Positions 9,049-17,959 are shown, numbered from the stretch's first letter. The stretch is 24,622 nt of DNA from Candidatus Iainarchaeum sp. (GCA_043816965.1 JBDRHK010000050.1:1-24622), one strand, 5' to 3'. Made by a program: numbers and translations. The notes: a model not told the origin generated them from the sequence alone.

Positions 9049-9108
9049 GTGAAGGTCGGTGTTTGGGGAACGCCTTTTGGGTATGGGCTCCCCCCTGACT
9101 GCCTTCAC
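9049..9108 (-). promoter_or_regulatory. Structured 5' leader of radA
   Basis: GUGAAGG/CCUUCAC outer stem and GGGGAGCC/GGCGUUCCCC inner stem between the TATA box (9131-9138) and the SD. Confidence 0.55.
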
Positions 9109-9140
9109 TCATACTAATTAGATTCAGCCCTTTATAAATA

Positions 9141-9250
9141 GTTTTGGGGGTGGGTTTCCGGTGCGAAACCCCTATCCGGGTTTACGGGACGGCGTCCTCG
9201 CGGAGGACACCATGCTCGCTACGCTCGCAAATAAAATACGGCTTCGCTAA
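9141..9250. repeat. GC-rich palindromic (REP/MITE-like) intergenic element
   Basis: Hairpins at 9152-9171 and 9191-9211, plus GCTCGC-tac-GCTCGC; GC-rich relative to the other intergenic DNA here. Confidence 0.4.
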
Positions 9251-10558
9251 TTACCCAACCCTGCTAACAACAATCTCATCATCGCCGAACATGTTCTTCT
9301 TTACCCGTCCAACAATCGTAATTTCCTTCTCCTTTAATTTCGGCAATAGTTCCTCAACAATATCCTCGGGATTTTTCCTTTCAAGCAGATCCCTGAATTC
9401 ATTATTATCCAAACCCAATAATTTCTCCCCGTCCCCGCCAAAACCAACAACGCCAATGCTTGCGGTGTCATCCTCAATCTCAACCTTAACCAATGCCTTC
9501 TTTTTTGGGTTTTTAACCTCGCCACACTTTTCACAAATATAATTCTCTCCTATCTGCGAAACAGATTTCCCGCATTTTTCACAAACAAGGTAATGCAACT
9601 TCCCTGGCCTGATTTCACCAATCTTCCCTGTGATTTTAACCATCTCATTCCCCACAATCTGGTTAATCTTTTTTTCCTCTGCATTTTCCGCGCTCAATTC
9701 TGCAAGCGCAGGCATTTCCCTCTTCGGGTTTTTCAGAATCCTTGCCTTCCAGCCCAGATTCAGCTCAACCCCCTGTAGCCCTTCCTTTGTGTAGGCCCCC
9801 TCAACCTTTACCAAATCACCGACACTCAATTCCTTCAATACATCAACCATCTCATTCCAGGCAGCGGCCCTGCACCTTCCCTTTTCATCGGCAAGCAGGA
9901 AATTCCCGACCTTTCCCGAGCCCTTTTCAGAACTGAACTCGCGGGCCTCAAAGATTGCGGCAATCCTCGCAAAAACATCAACATCTCCAAAACCAGCAAC
10001 TAATTCATTCAGATTAAGGGTCTTTGATTCAGCTTCAGGAAGTTCCAGTTTCTGCTTCTCATCCAGAAGCAACTGCCCGCCCTTTCCCAAATTCATCTGC
10101 AATTTATCATTGAAAGATTTTGTGTAACAGCCTTTCAGCATAATTATGGAGCCGCGCTCAATCTTAAGGTCATTTAATTTATCCACATCATCATTCCAGA
10201 TAGTTAATCTCATTTCCCCTGAATCGTCGTCAATAATCAGGCTGCACAATTTTCCGCTTTTTCCGCCCTTCTCAAAACCCTTTGGCTGGAAAATCTGCTT
10301 TGCCCTCACACTCAGCGAGATGCCATTCATCCCCTCTTTCAGGTCAGAAATTTTTATCCTTTTGCTGCCGCCCCCAGAAAGCTCAACCCCCATCTCTTTT
10401 GCAACCATAAATGCCGCCCCCTGCTCACTCAGCAAGCCGGAGAATTTCTCCATCTTGTCAGATATTTTTTTCTCTACTGATTCCTTACTTTTGCCGGCAG
10501 AAACAATCTTTTTGACAATGTCCTCTTTTGATTCCAGTGAAGGGTTCATTTCAATCAA
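9251..10558 (-). CDS. rpa: Replication protein A (multi-OB-fold ssDNA-binding protein with Zn finger)
   Basis: Repeated OB-fold motifs (DDSGEMRLTIWN, DEKGRCRAAAWN, EDDTASI) and CEKC...CEKC; the start could be ATG 10549. Confidence 0.9.
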   Translation of the reverse strand: MIEMNPSLESKEDIVKKIVSAGKSKESVEKKISDKMEKFSGLLSEQGAAFMVAKEMGVELSGGGSKRIKISDLKEGMNGISLSVRAKQIFQPKGFEKGGKSGKLCSLIIDDDSGEMRLTIWNDDVDKLNDLKIERGSIIMLKGCYTKSFNDKLQMNLGKGGQLLLDEKQKLELPEAESKTLNLNELVAGFGDVDVFARIAAIFEAREFSSEKGSGKVGNFLLADEKGRCRAAAWNEMVDVLKELSVGDLVKVEGAYTKEGLQGVELNLGWKARILKNPKREMPALAELSAENAEEKKINQIVGNEMVKITGKIGEIRPGKLHYLVCEKCGKSVSQIGENYICEKCGEVKNPKKKALVKVEIEDDTASIGVVGFGGDGEKLLGLDNNEFRDLLERKNPEDIVEELLPKLKEKEITIVGRVKKNMFGDDEIVVSRVG

Positions 10559-10669
10559 CAGCCTGAAATATTCAGAAACTGAAATATTCTAAAGGGGGTA
10601 TGTTATGTAGAAGTTATTTCCCTAACAAGCTTTTTAAGCCATTTCGCACTCTTTTTTCTGTGATTCCCG

Positions 10670-11320
10670 GTGTTTGAGGAGGTTTTTCCCAATTTATTTG
10701 CTTTTTACGCGACCGATTACAGTGCGAATTCTTATCTTTTAGTGGGCAAAAAGACGGTTTTAATAGACACAGGCCTTAAATCAAGGGGGCCAGCATTAAA
10801 GGATTCTTTAGCTGCAGTGGGTTTTGAGCCTGAGGACATTGATGCTCTACTCCTAACGCACGGGCATTCTGACCATTTTGGCGCCTCCTATATCTTCCCA
10901 AATGCCGAGAAATATATGCACAAATTCGATGCCACATATGTGAACATTAAGGACGTGATATTTACGGCAGCCGCAAGGCTCAATAACCTCTATTTCCCCA
11001 GAATCACCAAAAATTATGAAATTGATTCCATTATTGATGTTGCCCCCTTTAAATTGAAGGTTTTAAGCACCCCGGGGCATACACTAGGCAGTGTCTGCCT
11101 GTATGATGAAAAAAACAAACTCCTTTTCAGTGGAGACACCATTTTCAATGGCTCTGTGGGTAGGCATGACCTTCCAAGTGGAAGCAAAATGGACCTAATA
11201 GATTCCCTGAAAAAGCTTAAAGAACTGGATTTTGACTATCTTTTCCCAGGCCATGGATTAATGCTCAAAGAGGGACAGGAAGAGAACATTAAAATGGGCA
11301 TTGAGATGCTTTCCCAGTGA
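10670..11320 (+). CDS. Metallo-beta-lactamase-fold hydrolase (glyoxalase II-like)
   Basis: THGHSDH, TPGHT, FSGD and PGHG motifs. Confidence 0.93.
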   Translation: MFEEVFPNLFAFYATDYSANSYLLVGKKTVLIDTGLKSRGPALKDSLAAVGFEPEDIDALLLTHGHSDHFGASYIFPNAEKYMHKFDATYVNIKDVIFTAAARLNNLYFPRITKNYEIDSIIDVAPFKLKVLSTPGHTLGSVCLYDEKNKLLFSGDTIFNGSVGRHDLPSGSKMDLIDSLKKLKELDFDYLFPGHGLMLKEGQEENIKMGIEMLSQ

Positions 11321-11370
11321 TAAGGATTTTTATAAATCTATCCTACCAAATAATATTGAAGGCAATCCAT

Positions 11371-12159
11371 ATGACAAAGCATTTTGGGCAGTTCTACAAG
11401 AGAATGGTGGATGACATTTCCGAACAGGGAGGATTAACCTTTTTGGTTATTGACCCCCCAAACCAGTCGCCGGAGATAGCCGGCAGGACAGCAAAACTTG
11501 CCGAAGAGGTTGGTGTAAGCGCAATTGCGGTTGGCGGAAGTGTTGGCGCCCAGGGGGAACTTCTTGACGGAACAATTCTCCAGATAAAAGAAAATTCCTC
11601 CCTCCCTGTTGTGCTTTTTCCGGGGAACATTGCAACAATTTCCAAGCACGCAGACGCGATTTATTTCATGTCAATGCTGAATTCGCTTGACCCTTATTAC
11701 ATTTCCGGCGCGCAGACAGTTTCCTCAATGCCGATAAAGAGATTAGGCCTTGAGCCAATTCCCACCTCATACATAATAGTTGAGCCAGGAAGGGCTGTTG
11801 GCTGGGTTGGAAGGGCTAAAATAATTCCCCGCGAACTTCCTTACCTTGCGGCAGCAACAGCTTTAGCTGGGGAATTCATGGGGGCGCATTGCTGCATCCT
11901 TGAGGCAGGCGGAGGGGCGCCTTCCCCGGCACCTCCTGAAATGGTGAAAATGGTAAAGGATGCAATTGACATTCCCTTAATTGTTGCAGGCGGGGTAAGG
12001 GATGAGAAATATGCCTATGACACAATAAAGGCAGGTGCAGATGTAATCCATGTCGGAACCGCAATTGAGGAAACAAGTTCTGACATGAAAACCGCAAAAG
12101 CCAAACTCACGAAAATAACTTCCGCAGTCAAAAAGGCCGGGAAAGAAAAGTTGAAGTAG
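11371..12159 (+). CDS. Geranylgeranylglyceryl phosphate synthase (group II-like)
   Basis: LVIDP, VGGS, LFPG, ADAIYFMSMLNS, GAQ, YIIVEPG, AVGWVG and LEAG motifs; start placed at ATG 11371. Confidence 0.9.
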   Translation: MTKHFGQFYKRMVDDISEQGGLTFLVIDPPNQSPEIAGRTAKLAEEVGVSAIAVGGSVGAQGELLDGTILQIKENSSLPVVLFPGNIATISKHADAIYFMSMLNSLDPYYISGAQTVSSMPIKRLGLEPIPTSYIIVEPGRAVGWVGRAKIIPRELPYLAAATALAGEFMGAHCCILEAGGGAPSPAPPEMVKMVKDAIDIPLIVAGGVRDEKYAYDTIKAGADVIHVGTAIEETSSDMKTAKAKLTKITSAVKKAGKEKLK

Positions 12160-12170
12160 TTCTAGTTTTT

Positions 12171-12389
12171 TTATTTCCGAAGGCGCTTAGCAAGAGCTGC
12201 AGCATTTCTGGCGCCAACGCCTCGGGCTCTAAAATTCCTCTCCGTAAGAGGCCCCCTTCTACTAGCGGCTTTCCTCAATTCTTGGCGTGTTGGAGTTCTG
12301 CTACTATTTTTTTCTATAAATCGTGCAGCAGTGCTTCCAGGTTTGATTTCTGGTGGCAATGCTATTTTTTTTCTTAATGCTGGCACCAT
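12171..12389 (-). CDS. Small Arg/Lys/Ala-rich hypothetical protein (72 aa)
   Basis: ATG 12389 lies 5 nt after GGTGA (overlapping the epimerase stop); fills the gap between two genes; no recognisable family. Confidence 0.65.
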   Translation of the reverse strand: MVPALRKKIALPPEIKPGSTAARFIEKNSSRTPTRQELRKAASRRGPLTERNFRARGVGARNAAALAKRLRK

Positions 12390-12394
12390 ATATT

Positions 12395-13309
12395 TCACCC
12401 AATAAATTTCTCTTCCCTCATTTCTTTAAGCATTTCCTTTATCCCCTGCTCCGTGGAATATTTCGGTTTCCACCCAAGTTTCTTTATCTTATCGATTGAA
12501 TAGTTCCTTTCCCTCACCACCCTTTTAACATGCGCAGGCGTGAGTATTGTTTTCCCGCCAAGGATTTTTGATTTCAGCAATGAAAAATAGGAAAGCAGTT
12601 TGGCAACCGAGTATGGCATGCTCCCGACAGATTTCTTAATCCCAAGCTCCCTGTAAATTATTTCATAAACATCCCTCAATTTCTTTCCCTTCTCCTCGGC
12701 AACTATGTATATTTCGCCGCTGCTTTCCTCCTGTTCAAGGGCAAAAACAATCGCACTCACCAAATCATCCACATAAATCATCTGCCAGCTGTTCTTTCCT
12801 CCCCCAATCAGGGGAAAGCCGCGCTGTATAAACCTCACAATTTTCCTCCAGTAGTTGTTGTTGCCGTAAACCAGTGCGCTGCGCAGAACCATGACAGGCA
12901 TAATTTCCTGATAACTCAGGACAATTTTTTCGGCCTCTGCCTTGCTTTCCTCATATTTGGTTTCAGGATTAACTGGCGTTTTTTCGTCAGCCTTGCCCTT
13001 CAACTTTCCCATCACCCCGCAGGAGGAAAGATGGATAAATTTGCCAACACCTGCCTTCGCACCTGCCTCAAGCAAATTTTTTGTGCCATCAACATTCACC
13101 GAAAACAATTCAGGGGAATTCTCATCCAGTTCTGCGGCAAGATGCACCACTGCATCAGTACCCTTAACAGATTCCTTAAGATGTTCAAAATTCCTTACAT
13201 CCTTCCCCTGTCCGCGGGAAAATTCCTTAACCAAATGCCTTTTTTTCTTCAGTGCTGCCGCTAGCCTTTTTCCAACAAAGCCCCCGGAACCTGTGATTAA
13301 AACATTCAT
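12395..13309 (-). CDS. NAD-dependent epimerase/dehydratase (extended SDR)
   Basis: TGSGGFVG, HLAA, NVDGT and YEESK motifs. Confidence 0.93.
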   Translation of the reverse strand: MNVLITGSGGFVGKRLAAALKKKRHLVKEFSRGQGKDVRNFEHLKESVKGTDAVVHLAAELDENSPELFSVNVDGTKNLLEAGAKAGVGKFIHLSSCGVMGKLKGKADEKTPVNPETKYEESKAEAEKIVLSYQEIMPVMVLRSALVYGNNNYWRKIVRFIQRGFPLIGGGKNSWQMIYVDDLVSAIVFALEQEESSGEIYIVAEEKGKKLRDVYEIIYRELGIKKSVGSMPYSVAKLLSYFSLLKSKILGGKTILTPAHVKRVVRERNYSIDKIKKLGWKPKYSTEQGIKEMLKEMREEKFIG

Positions 13310-13361
13310 ACATTCCTTTGGATTGAATCTTATTAAAAGCTTTTTTCGTTGAAGGAATAAT

Positions 13362-14384
13362 ATGATTCAGGTTGATGCCGCCCCTGGAGGGCAGGTTTTC
13401 AGGACCGCAATAGGCCTTGCCTCCCTTACTGGGAAGGAGATTGAAATTGTGAATATCCGTTCAGACAGGCCGAATCCTGGTTTAAGGGCACAGCACCTAA
13501 CTGCACTGGAAACAGTGGCAGGTATGTGTAATGCAACTATCAATGGCGCATCCAAAGGCTCTGGAACTGTAAACTTCCTTCCTGGAAAATTGAAAGAAAC
13601 CGCACTGAAAGTGAATATAGGGACCGCAGGCTCAGCAACCCTGCTTTTGCAGTCTGCAATGTTCCCTTCACTGAAAACAGAAACCAAGTTGCGGGTTACA
13701 GGGGGAACAGATGTTGAATGGAGCCCGCCCTTTGCCTACATGGGCCTTGTCCTTCTCCCAATCCTGAATTCAATCGGCTGCAATTTCTCTGCAGAACTTA
13801 TAAAAAGGGGCTACTACCCAAAAGGCAAGGGCATAATCTCATTCAAGTCCTCTCCCGCAAAACTGCCGCTGAAACCGCTGAACATCACTGAAAAAGGGGA
13901 TATTGAAATAATAAAGATTTTTTCCCACTGCGCATCCCTTGCCACAGATGTTGCAAGGAACCAGATGATTGCGGCAAAAAAAGAACTCCGGAATTTGAAT
14001 GTGGATTTCTCAGAATGCGTGGCGGCCAAAGAAAACATTGATACAATTGGCTCAGGAATTGATCTTTTTGCCCATCTTTCATCAGGGCAAATTATCGGCG
14101 CAAATGCCCTTGGAAAGAAAGGGTTTCCTGCAAATGAGGTGGGCAAAAAGGCGGCAAAAAACCTGCTTTCGGAACTTGGTAAGGAAAGGCCTGTTGACAA
14201 ACACCTTGCTGACCAATTAATCCCCTTCATGGCACTTGCAAAGGGAAATAGTGAAATCACCTGTACAGAAATAACCGCGCACACTGAAAATAATATCTCT
14301 GTATGCGAAAAAATACTAGGGGTTAAATTTTCGATTGAAAAAGAAGAGGGAATAATTTCAGTGGAAGGAATGGCATTCAAGTAG
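13362..14384 (+). CDS. rtcA: RNA 3'-terminal phosphate cyclase
   Basis: GGQVFR, RPNPGLRAQH, GGTDV, RGYYPKG, HLADQL and catalytic TAHT. Confidence 0.94.
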   Translation: MIQVDAAPGGQVFRTAIGLASLTGKEIEIVNIRSDRPNPGLRAQHLTALETVAGMCNATINGASKGSGTVNFLPGKLKETALKVNIGTAGSATLLLQSAMFPSLKTETKLRVTGGTDVEWSPPFAYMGLVLLPILNSIGCNFSAELIKRGYYPKGKGIISFKSSPAKLPLKPLNITEKGDIEIIKIFSHCASLATDVARNQMIAAKKELRNLNVDFSECVAAKENIDTIGSGIDLFAHLSSGQIIGANALGKKGFPANEVGKKAAKNLLSELGKERPVDKHLADQLIPFMALAKGNSEITCTEITAHTENNISVCEKILGVKFSIEKEEGIISVEGMAFK

Positions 14385-15461
14385 TTAACCGGATTTAATT
14401 TTCACCAAAACATCAGAACCAATTTTCTGGAATTCGGCATTGTTAAATTCCAGCATTTTTTTCAGTTTAATTCCGTTAAAAACATCCAAACCCCTGCCCA
14501 TAATTTTCGGCGCAAGGAAGAAATAGTATTCATCAACAATGCCTGCCTTCAGGGCTGAGGAGTTAAGCCCTGCCCCGCCTTCAATCAAAACACTCTGGAC
14601 ACCCATCTTGACAATCTCCTTCATCAGCCCCTGCATATCAACAACCCCATTCCTTTCCTTCACAATCACAGGCAATGCCCCAACTGCCATAAGCTTCTGC
14701 AATTTTGCCTTTGGCGCCCTTTTGGTTGTTGCAATAACCGCAAGCCCCTCCTGTTTCAGCAGTTTTGAACCCAGTGGAATCCTCCCCCTGGTGTCAAGGA
14801 CTATTCTAACAGGATTCCTCCCTCCCTTAAGCCTGCAAGTTAACTTTGGATTATCCTTCAAAACAGTGTTTATCCCGACCATTACAGCATCAAACTCGTT
14901 TCGCATTTTATGCACAAGCTCCCTGCTCTTCCCTGATGAAATCCATTTGCTTTTCCCCAATTCATCAGCAATCTTCCCGTCCAAACTTATTGCTGCCTTG
15001 AGAGCAACAAAGGCAGTGCCTGTTTTTTGGCGCTTGAAATAGAATTTGTTCAGTTCAAGTGCCTCCTCCATCTCAATCAGTTTTATTTTAACTCCTGCCT
15101 TTTTCAGCATTTTTCCGGTGCCTATGCATGCAATTGGATTAGGGTCATTTGATGCATAAATCACCTTCTTGATGCCTGCCCTGATTATTGCCTCAGTGCA
15201 GGGCGGGTTCTTCCCATAATGGCAGCAGGGTTTGAGAGAAATATAAAGCGTTCCTCCTTTTGCCTTTCTCCCTGCCTTTCCCAACGCAACAGCCTCAGCA
15301 TGCCTGCCCCCGAACTTTTTGTGCCAGCCCCTGCCTATAATCTTCCCGTTCTTGACAACAACAGCCCCGACCATTGGGTTTGGCGATACATTCCCTATGC
15401 CTTTTGCCGCAAGCCTTATTGCCTCAGCCAGAAACTCCCTGTCTTTCAAATTACCCACCAT
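14385..15461 (-). CDS. ribD: Bifunctional pyrimidine deaminase/reductase RibD (bacterial type)
   Basis: PNPMVG, HAE, PC-x8-C deaminase motifs; SLDGKIA, WIS, DNPKLT and EGG reductase motifs. Confidence 0.94.
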   Translation of the reverse strand: MVGNLKDREFLAEAIRLAAKGIGNVSPNPMVGAVVVKNGKIIGRGWHKKFGGRHAEAVALGKAGRKAKGGTLYISLKPCCHYGKNPPCTEAIIRAGIKKVIYASNDPNPIACIGTGKMLKKAGVKIKLIEMEEALELNKFYFKRQKTGTAFVALKAAISLDGKIADELGKSKWISSGKSRELVHKMRNEFDAVMVGINTVLKDNPKLTCRLKGGRNPVRIVLDTRGRIPLGSKLLKQEGLAVIATTKRAPKAKLQKLMAVGALPVIVKERNGVVDMQGLMKEIVKMGVQSVLIEGGAGLNSSALKAGIVDEYYFFLAPKIMGRGLDVFNGIKLKKMLEFNNAEFQKIGSDVLVKIKSG

Positions 15462-15472
15462 TAACCATTAGC

Positions 15473-16318
15473 TCAAAAAAGAATAAATTCAAGTATATTT
15501 GGATAAAGGATAACAACAAGAACCCCGGCAAAAACAAAGGGCGCAAATTTCGGGAGGTTCCTGAAAACCGCCACTTCCTTTACTTTCAATTCCATCAGTT
15601 TTTCAATCTCCCCCTTTCCAATAGTCCTCTTTATGCCAAGCCCTGCCTTCGCCACAATCCCTGAATAAATAAACTCAATGGCTGCAATTTCATCTTCCTC
15701 TAACTTTTCCAGTGGAACTGTTTCCAGATAAAATTCTTTTCTGATTCCCCGTTCCAGCGCAAGGCGAATGATGCCAATAACCATTAAAATTCCCATAAAA
15801 ATGACAAAGTTCATTGAAACCCCTAACTGGAGAATAAGGTAGAAATAAACCACAAGAAACACGGCAAGAATCCCGCCCATAATAAAACCGTTTTTGTTGT
15901 AGTTGAAGTCAATCCCCTTTTTTGCATATTTTATAATGTAATATATTGAATTGAACAAAAACGCAAGAATCGTCGCCACAAACAGGACACCGATTACAAA
16001 CGGCATCCCTGCTTCGCCAAGGAAAGGAAACAAAAAGTTGGTTTCGCCGAAAAACGGCATCAGCAACGCAATTCCTGTGAACAGCTTCACATCCCCGCCC
16101 CCAATCTGCCCAAGGAAATAAAGCAAATACCCAAAAGCAAAAACAGCTGCCGCAATTATAAACGCATTCAAATTAAACTCAATCAGGCTGAACAAAATCC
16201 CCAGCGCAATCATCGGATATGTAATGTAATCATTTATCAGGCCTGTTTTAACATCAGTATAGGCGGCAGCCGCAGACCCGATAATGAGGACAAAAACCCT
16301 GAAAATCAGCAATTCCAT
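15473..16318 (-). CDS. Peptidase A24 prepilin peptidase (EppA/PibD-like)
   Basis: Polytopic membrane protein; YTD and GGGDVKL aspartate motifs; C-terminal FAPF. Confidence 0.88.
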   Translation of the reverse strand: MELLIFRVFVLIIGSAAAAYTDVKTGLINDYITYPMIALGILFSLIEFNLNAFIIAAAVFAFGYLLYFLGQIGGGDVKLFTGIALLMPFFGETNFLFPFLGEAGMPFVIGVLFVATILAFLFNSIYYIIKYAKKGIDFNYNKNGFIMGGILAVFLVVYFYLILQLGVSMNFVIFMGILMVIGIIRLALERGIRKEFYLETVPLEKLEEDEIAAIEFIYSGIVAKAGLGIKRTIGKGEIEKLMELKVKEVAVFRNLPKFAPFVFAGVLVVILYPNILEFILF

Positions 16319-16389
16319 GTTATAATTTAATGTTGAATGGTTTTAAACTTAATTAGGTCTTTCTTTTCATAAAAAATTAAAAACCAAAA

Positions 16390-16584
16390 CTATTTATTTC
16401 GCTTTTTTTTCTTTTTCCGCATGCTTTTATTTCTTTCTGCTTGGACTTCTTTCGCAAATCGTCCCAATGCCTTATCTATTCCCTCGCCTTTCTTAACTTC
16501 TACTCCTACCCCTGGCTCAAGTCCCCATTTTCGGGGGTCGTTCCCACTTTTAGTTTTTTTAACCGGGCGTGTGTATTTCGGCAT
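16390..16584 (-). CDS. Small basic protein resembling bacterial ribosomal protein bS21
   Basis: VEVKKGEGIDKALGRFAKEV matches the bS21 N-terminal pattern; Lys-rich C-terminus; TATAAATA (16614-16607) 23 nt upstream of the ATG; T-rich tract after the stop. Confidence 0.6.
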   Translation of the reverse strand: MPKYTRPVKKTKSGNDPRKWGLEPGVGVEVKKGEGIDKALGRFAKEVQAERNKSMRKKKKKRNK

Positions 16585-16615
16585 TAAAAAATAAGAACCA
16601 GACTACTATTTATAC

Positions 16616-17959
16616 CTACCTAATCTTCATCTTCTTTTTCCTTCCGAAACCTTTCATCAGTTTTTCCAGATTCATCCCGCCCTTTTTCTGCATCTTCTCC
16701 AAGTCAATCTTTGCCATCTTTTTAGCCATCTTCTCCATGACCTTGTACTGCTTCAGCAGTTCCCTTACATCTGACTCTTTCTTGCCAGAACCTTTGGCAA
16801 TCCTCTGAATCCTGTTCTTGTTCAGCAGCTCAGGATTTTCCTTTTCCTTATCAGTCATTGACTCCATAATAACCTTAAAGCCATCAAGCTTGCCCTCACC
16901 CAATTCCATCATTTCCTTCGGGACCTGCTGCCCCAAACCGGCCATATCCATTACCTTATCCAAAGGGCCCATCTTCCTTGCGGCCTTCAATTGGTTGTAA
17001 AAAATTTTCAGGTTAAATTCACCTTCCATAAATGCCTCTGCATTCATCTCCTCTGCCTCAATTTCCTTAATCTTCTCCAGCAACCCCTGCAAATCACCAT
17101 AACCCATAATTCTGGAGAGGAATCTCTGTGCGTCAAATACCTCCAAATCAGCAGGCTTTTCCCCAGTCCCAATAAAGATTACCGGTGACCCTGTCTCATT
17201 GCACGCCACCAATGCCCCACCCCCTTTTGCAGAGCCATCCATTCTGGTGAGAATTACCCCATTGACCCCGACAGAATCATGGAATGCCTTTGCCTGCTTT
17301 TTAGCAAGCTGCCCGATATCTGCACCCAAAACCAACCAGGTGTTATCGGGGTTTAATGCCTTCCCGATGACAACAACTTCCTTTTTCAGTTCACTATCCA
17401 GCGCACTTCTCCCTGCAGAATCAACAATAACCAAATCCTTTCCCTTGAATTCCTTCATCCCTGCCTCAACAATCCTTGCCGCATTCTTCTCCTTCTTGTC
17501 CCCATAAAAATCAATTTTTACCTTGTCAGCAAGCTGCTTCAATTGTTCATATGCCGCAGGCCTGAATGCATCTGCCCCGATTAAACCAACCTTCATCCCC
17601 CTGGCCGAATAGTATTTTGCAATCTTAGCTGCGGTTGTGGTTTTTCCGGAACCAAACAATCCGACCAATAAAATTCTTTCAGGCTTTTCAGGGGCCTTTG
17701 CCTCACCGCCCAATTTCTCGGCAAGCAAATCATAAGTGGTTTTAATCACATGCTCCCTGCGGTTTATTCCCTTAGGGAGATCCTGAAATGCGGAATCCTC
17801 AATTTTTTTGCTTATTTCAAGAACCAGTTTAACATCAACATCGCCTGAGATAAGCGCCCGCTGCAATTCCTTAACTGCGGCCTTAACTGTCTCCTTATCA
17901 AGAACGCTGGAATTCCTGATTTTCTCAATTGCTTTCCTTAAATTCTCTCCCAATCCCAT
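16616..17959 (-). CDS. srp54: Signal recognition particle protein SRP54
   Basis: GLFGSGKTT, DAFRPAAYEQL, DSAGR, GSAKGGG; M domain (SMT..E, RIAKGSG). Confidence 0.97.
   Translation of the reverse strand: MGLGENLRKAIEKIRNSSVLDKETVKAAVKELQRALISGDVDVKLVLEISKKIEDSAFQDLPKGINRREHVIKTTYDLLAEKLGGEAKAPEKPERILLVGLFGSGKTTTAAKIAKYYSARGMKVGLIGADAFRPAAYEQLKQLADKVKIDFYGDKKEKNAARIVEAGMKEFKGKDLVIVDSAGRSALDSELKKEVVVIGKALNPDNTWLVLGADIGQLAKKQAKAFHDSVGVNGVILTRMDGSAKGGGALVACNETGSPVIFIGTGEKPADLEVFDAQRFLSRIMGYGDLQGLLEKIKEIEAEEMNAEAFMEGEFNLKIFYNQLKAARKMGPLDKVMDMAGLGQQVPKEMMELGEGKLDGFKVIMESMTDKEKENPELLNKNRIQRIAKGSGKKESDVRELLKQYKVMEKMAKKMAKIDLEKMQKKGGMNLEKLMKGFGRKKKMKIR

Noticed and set aside
8927..9112. 61-aa ORF overlapping the radA start out of frame
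   Set aside because: Its ATG lies slightly upstream of the predicted TSS, it has no SD, and the region is better explained as an RNA stem-loop.
15112..15121. Near matches to TTTCCGGTGCG inside ribD, and at about 11702 in GGGPS
   Set aside because: Imperfect and within coding sequence; compatible with chance.
16616..17959. SRP54 G4 motif TRMD instead of TKxD
   Set aside because: Conservative change; the specificity Asp and other GTPase motifs are intact.
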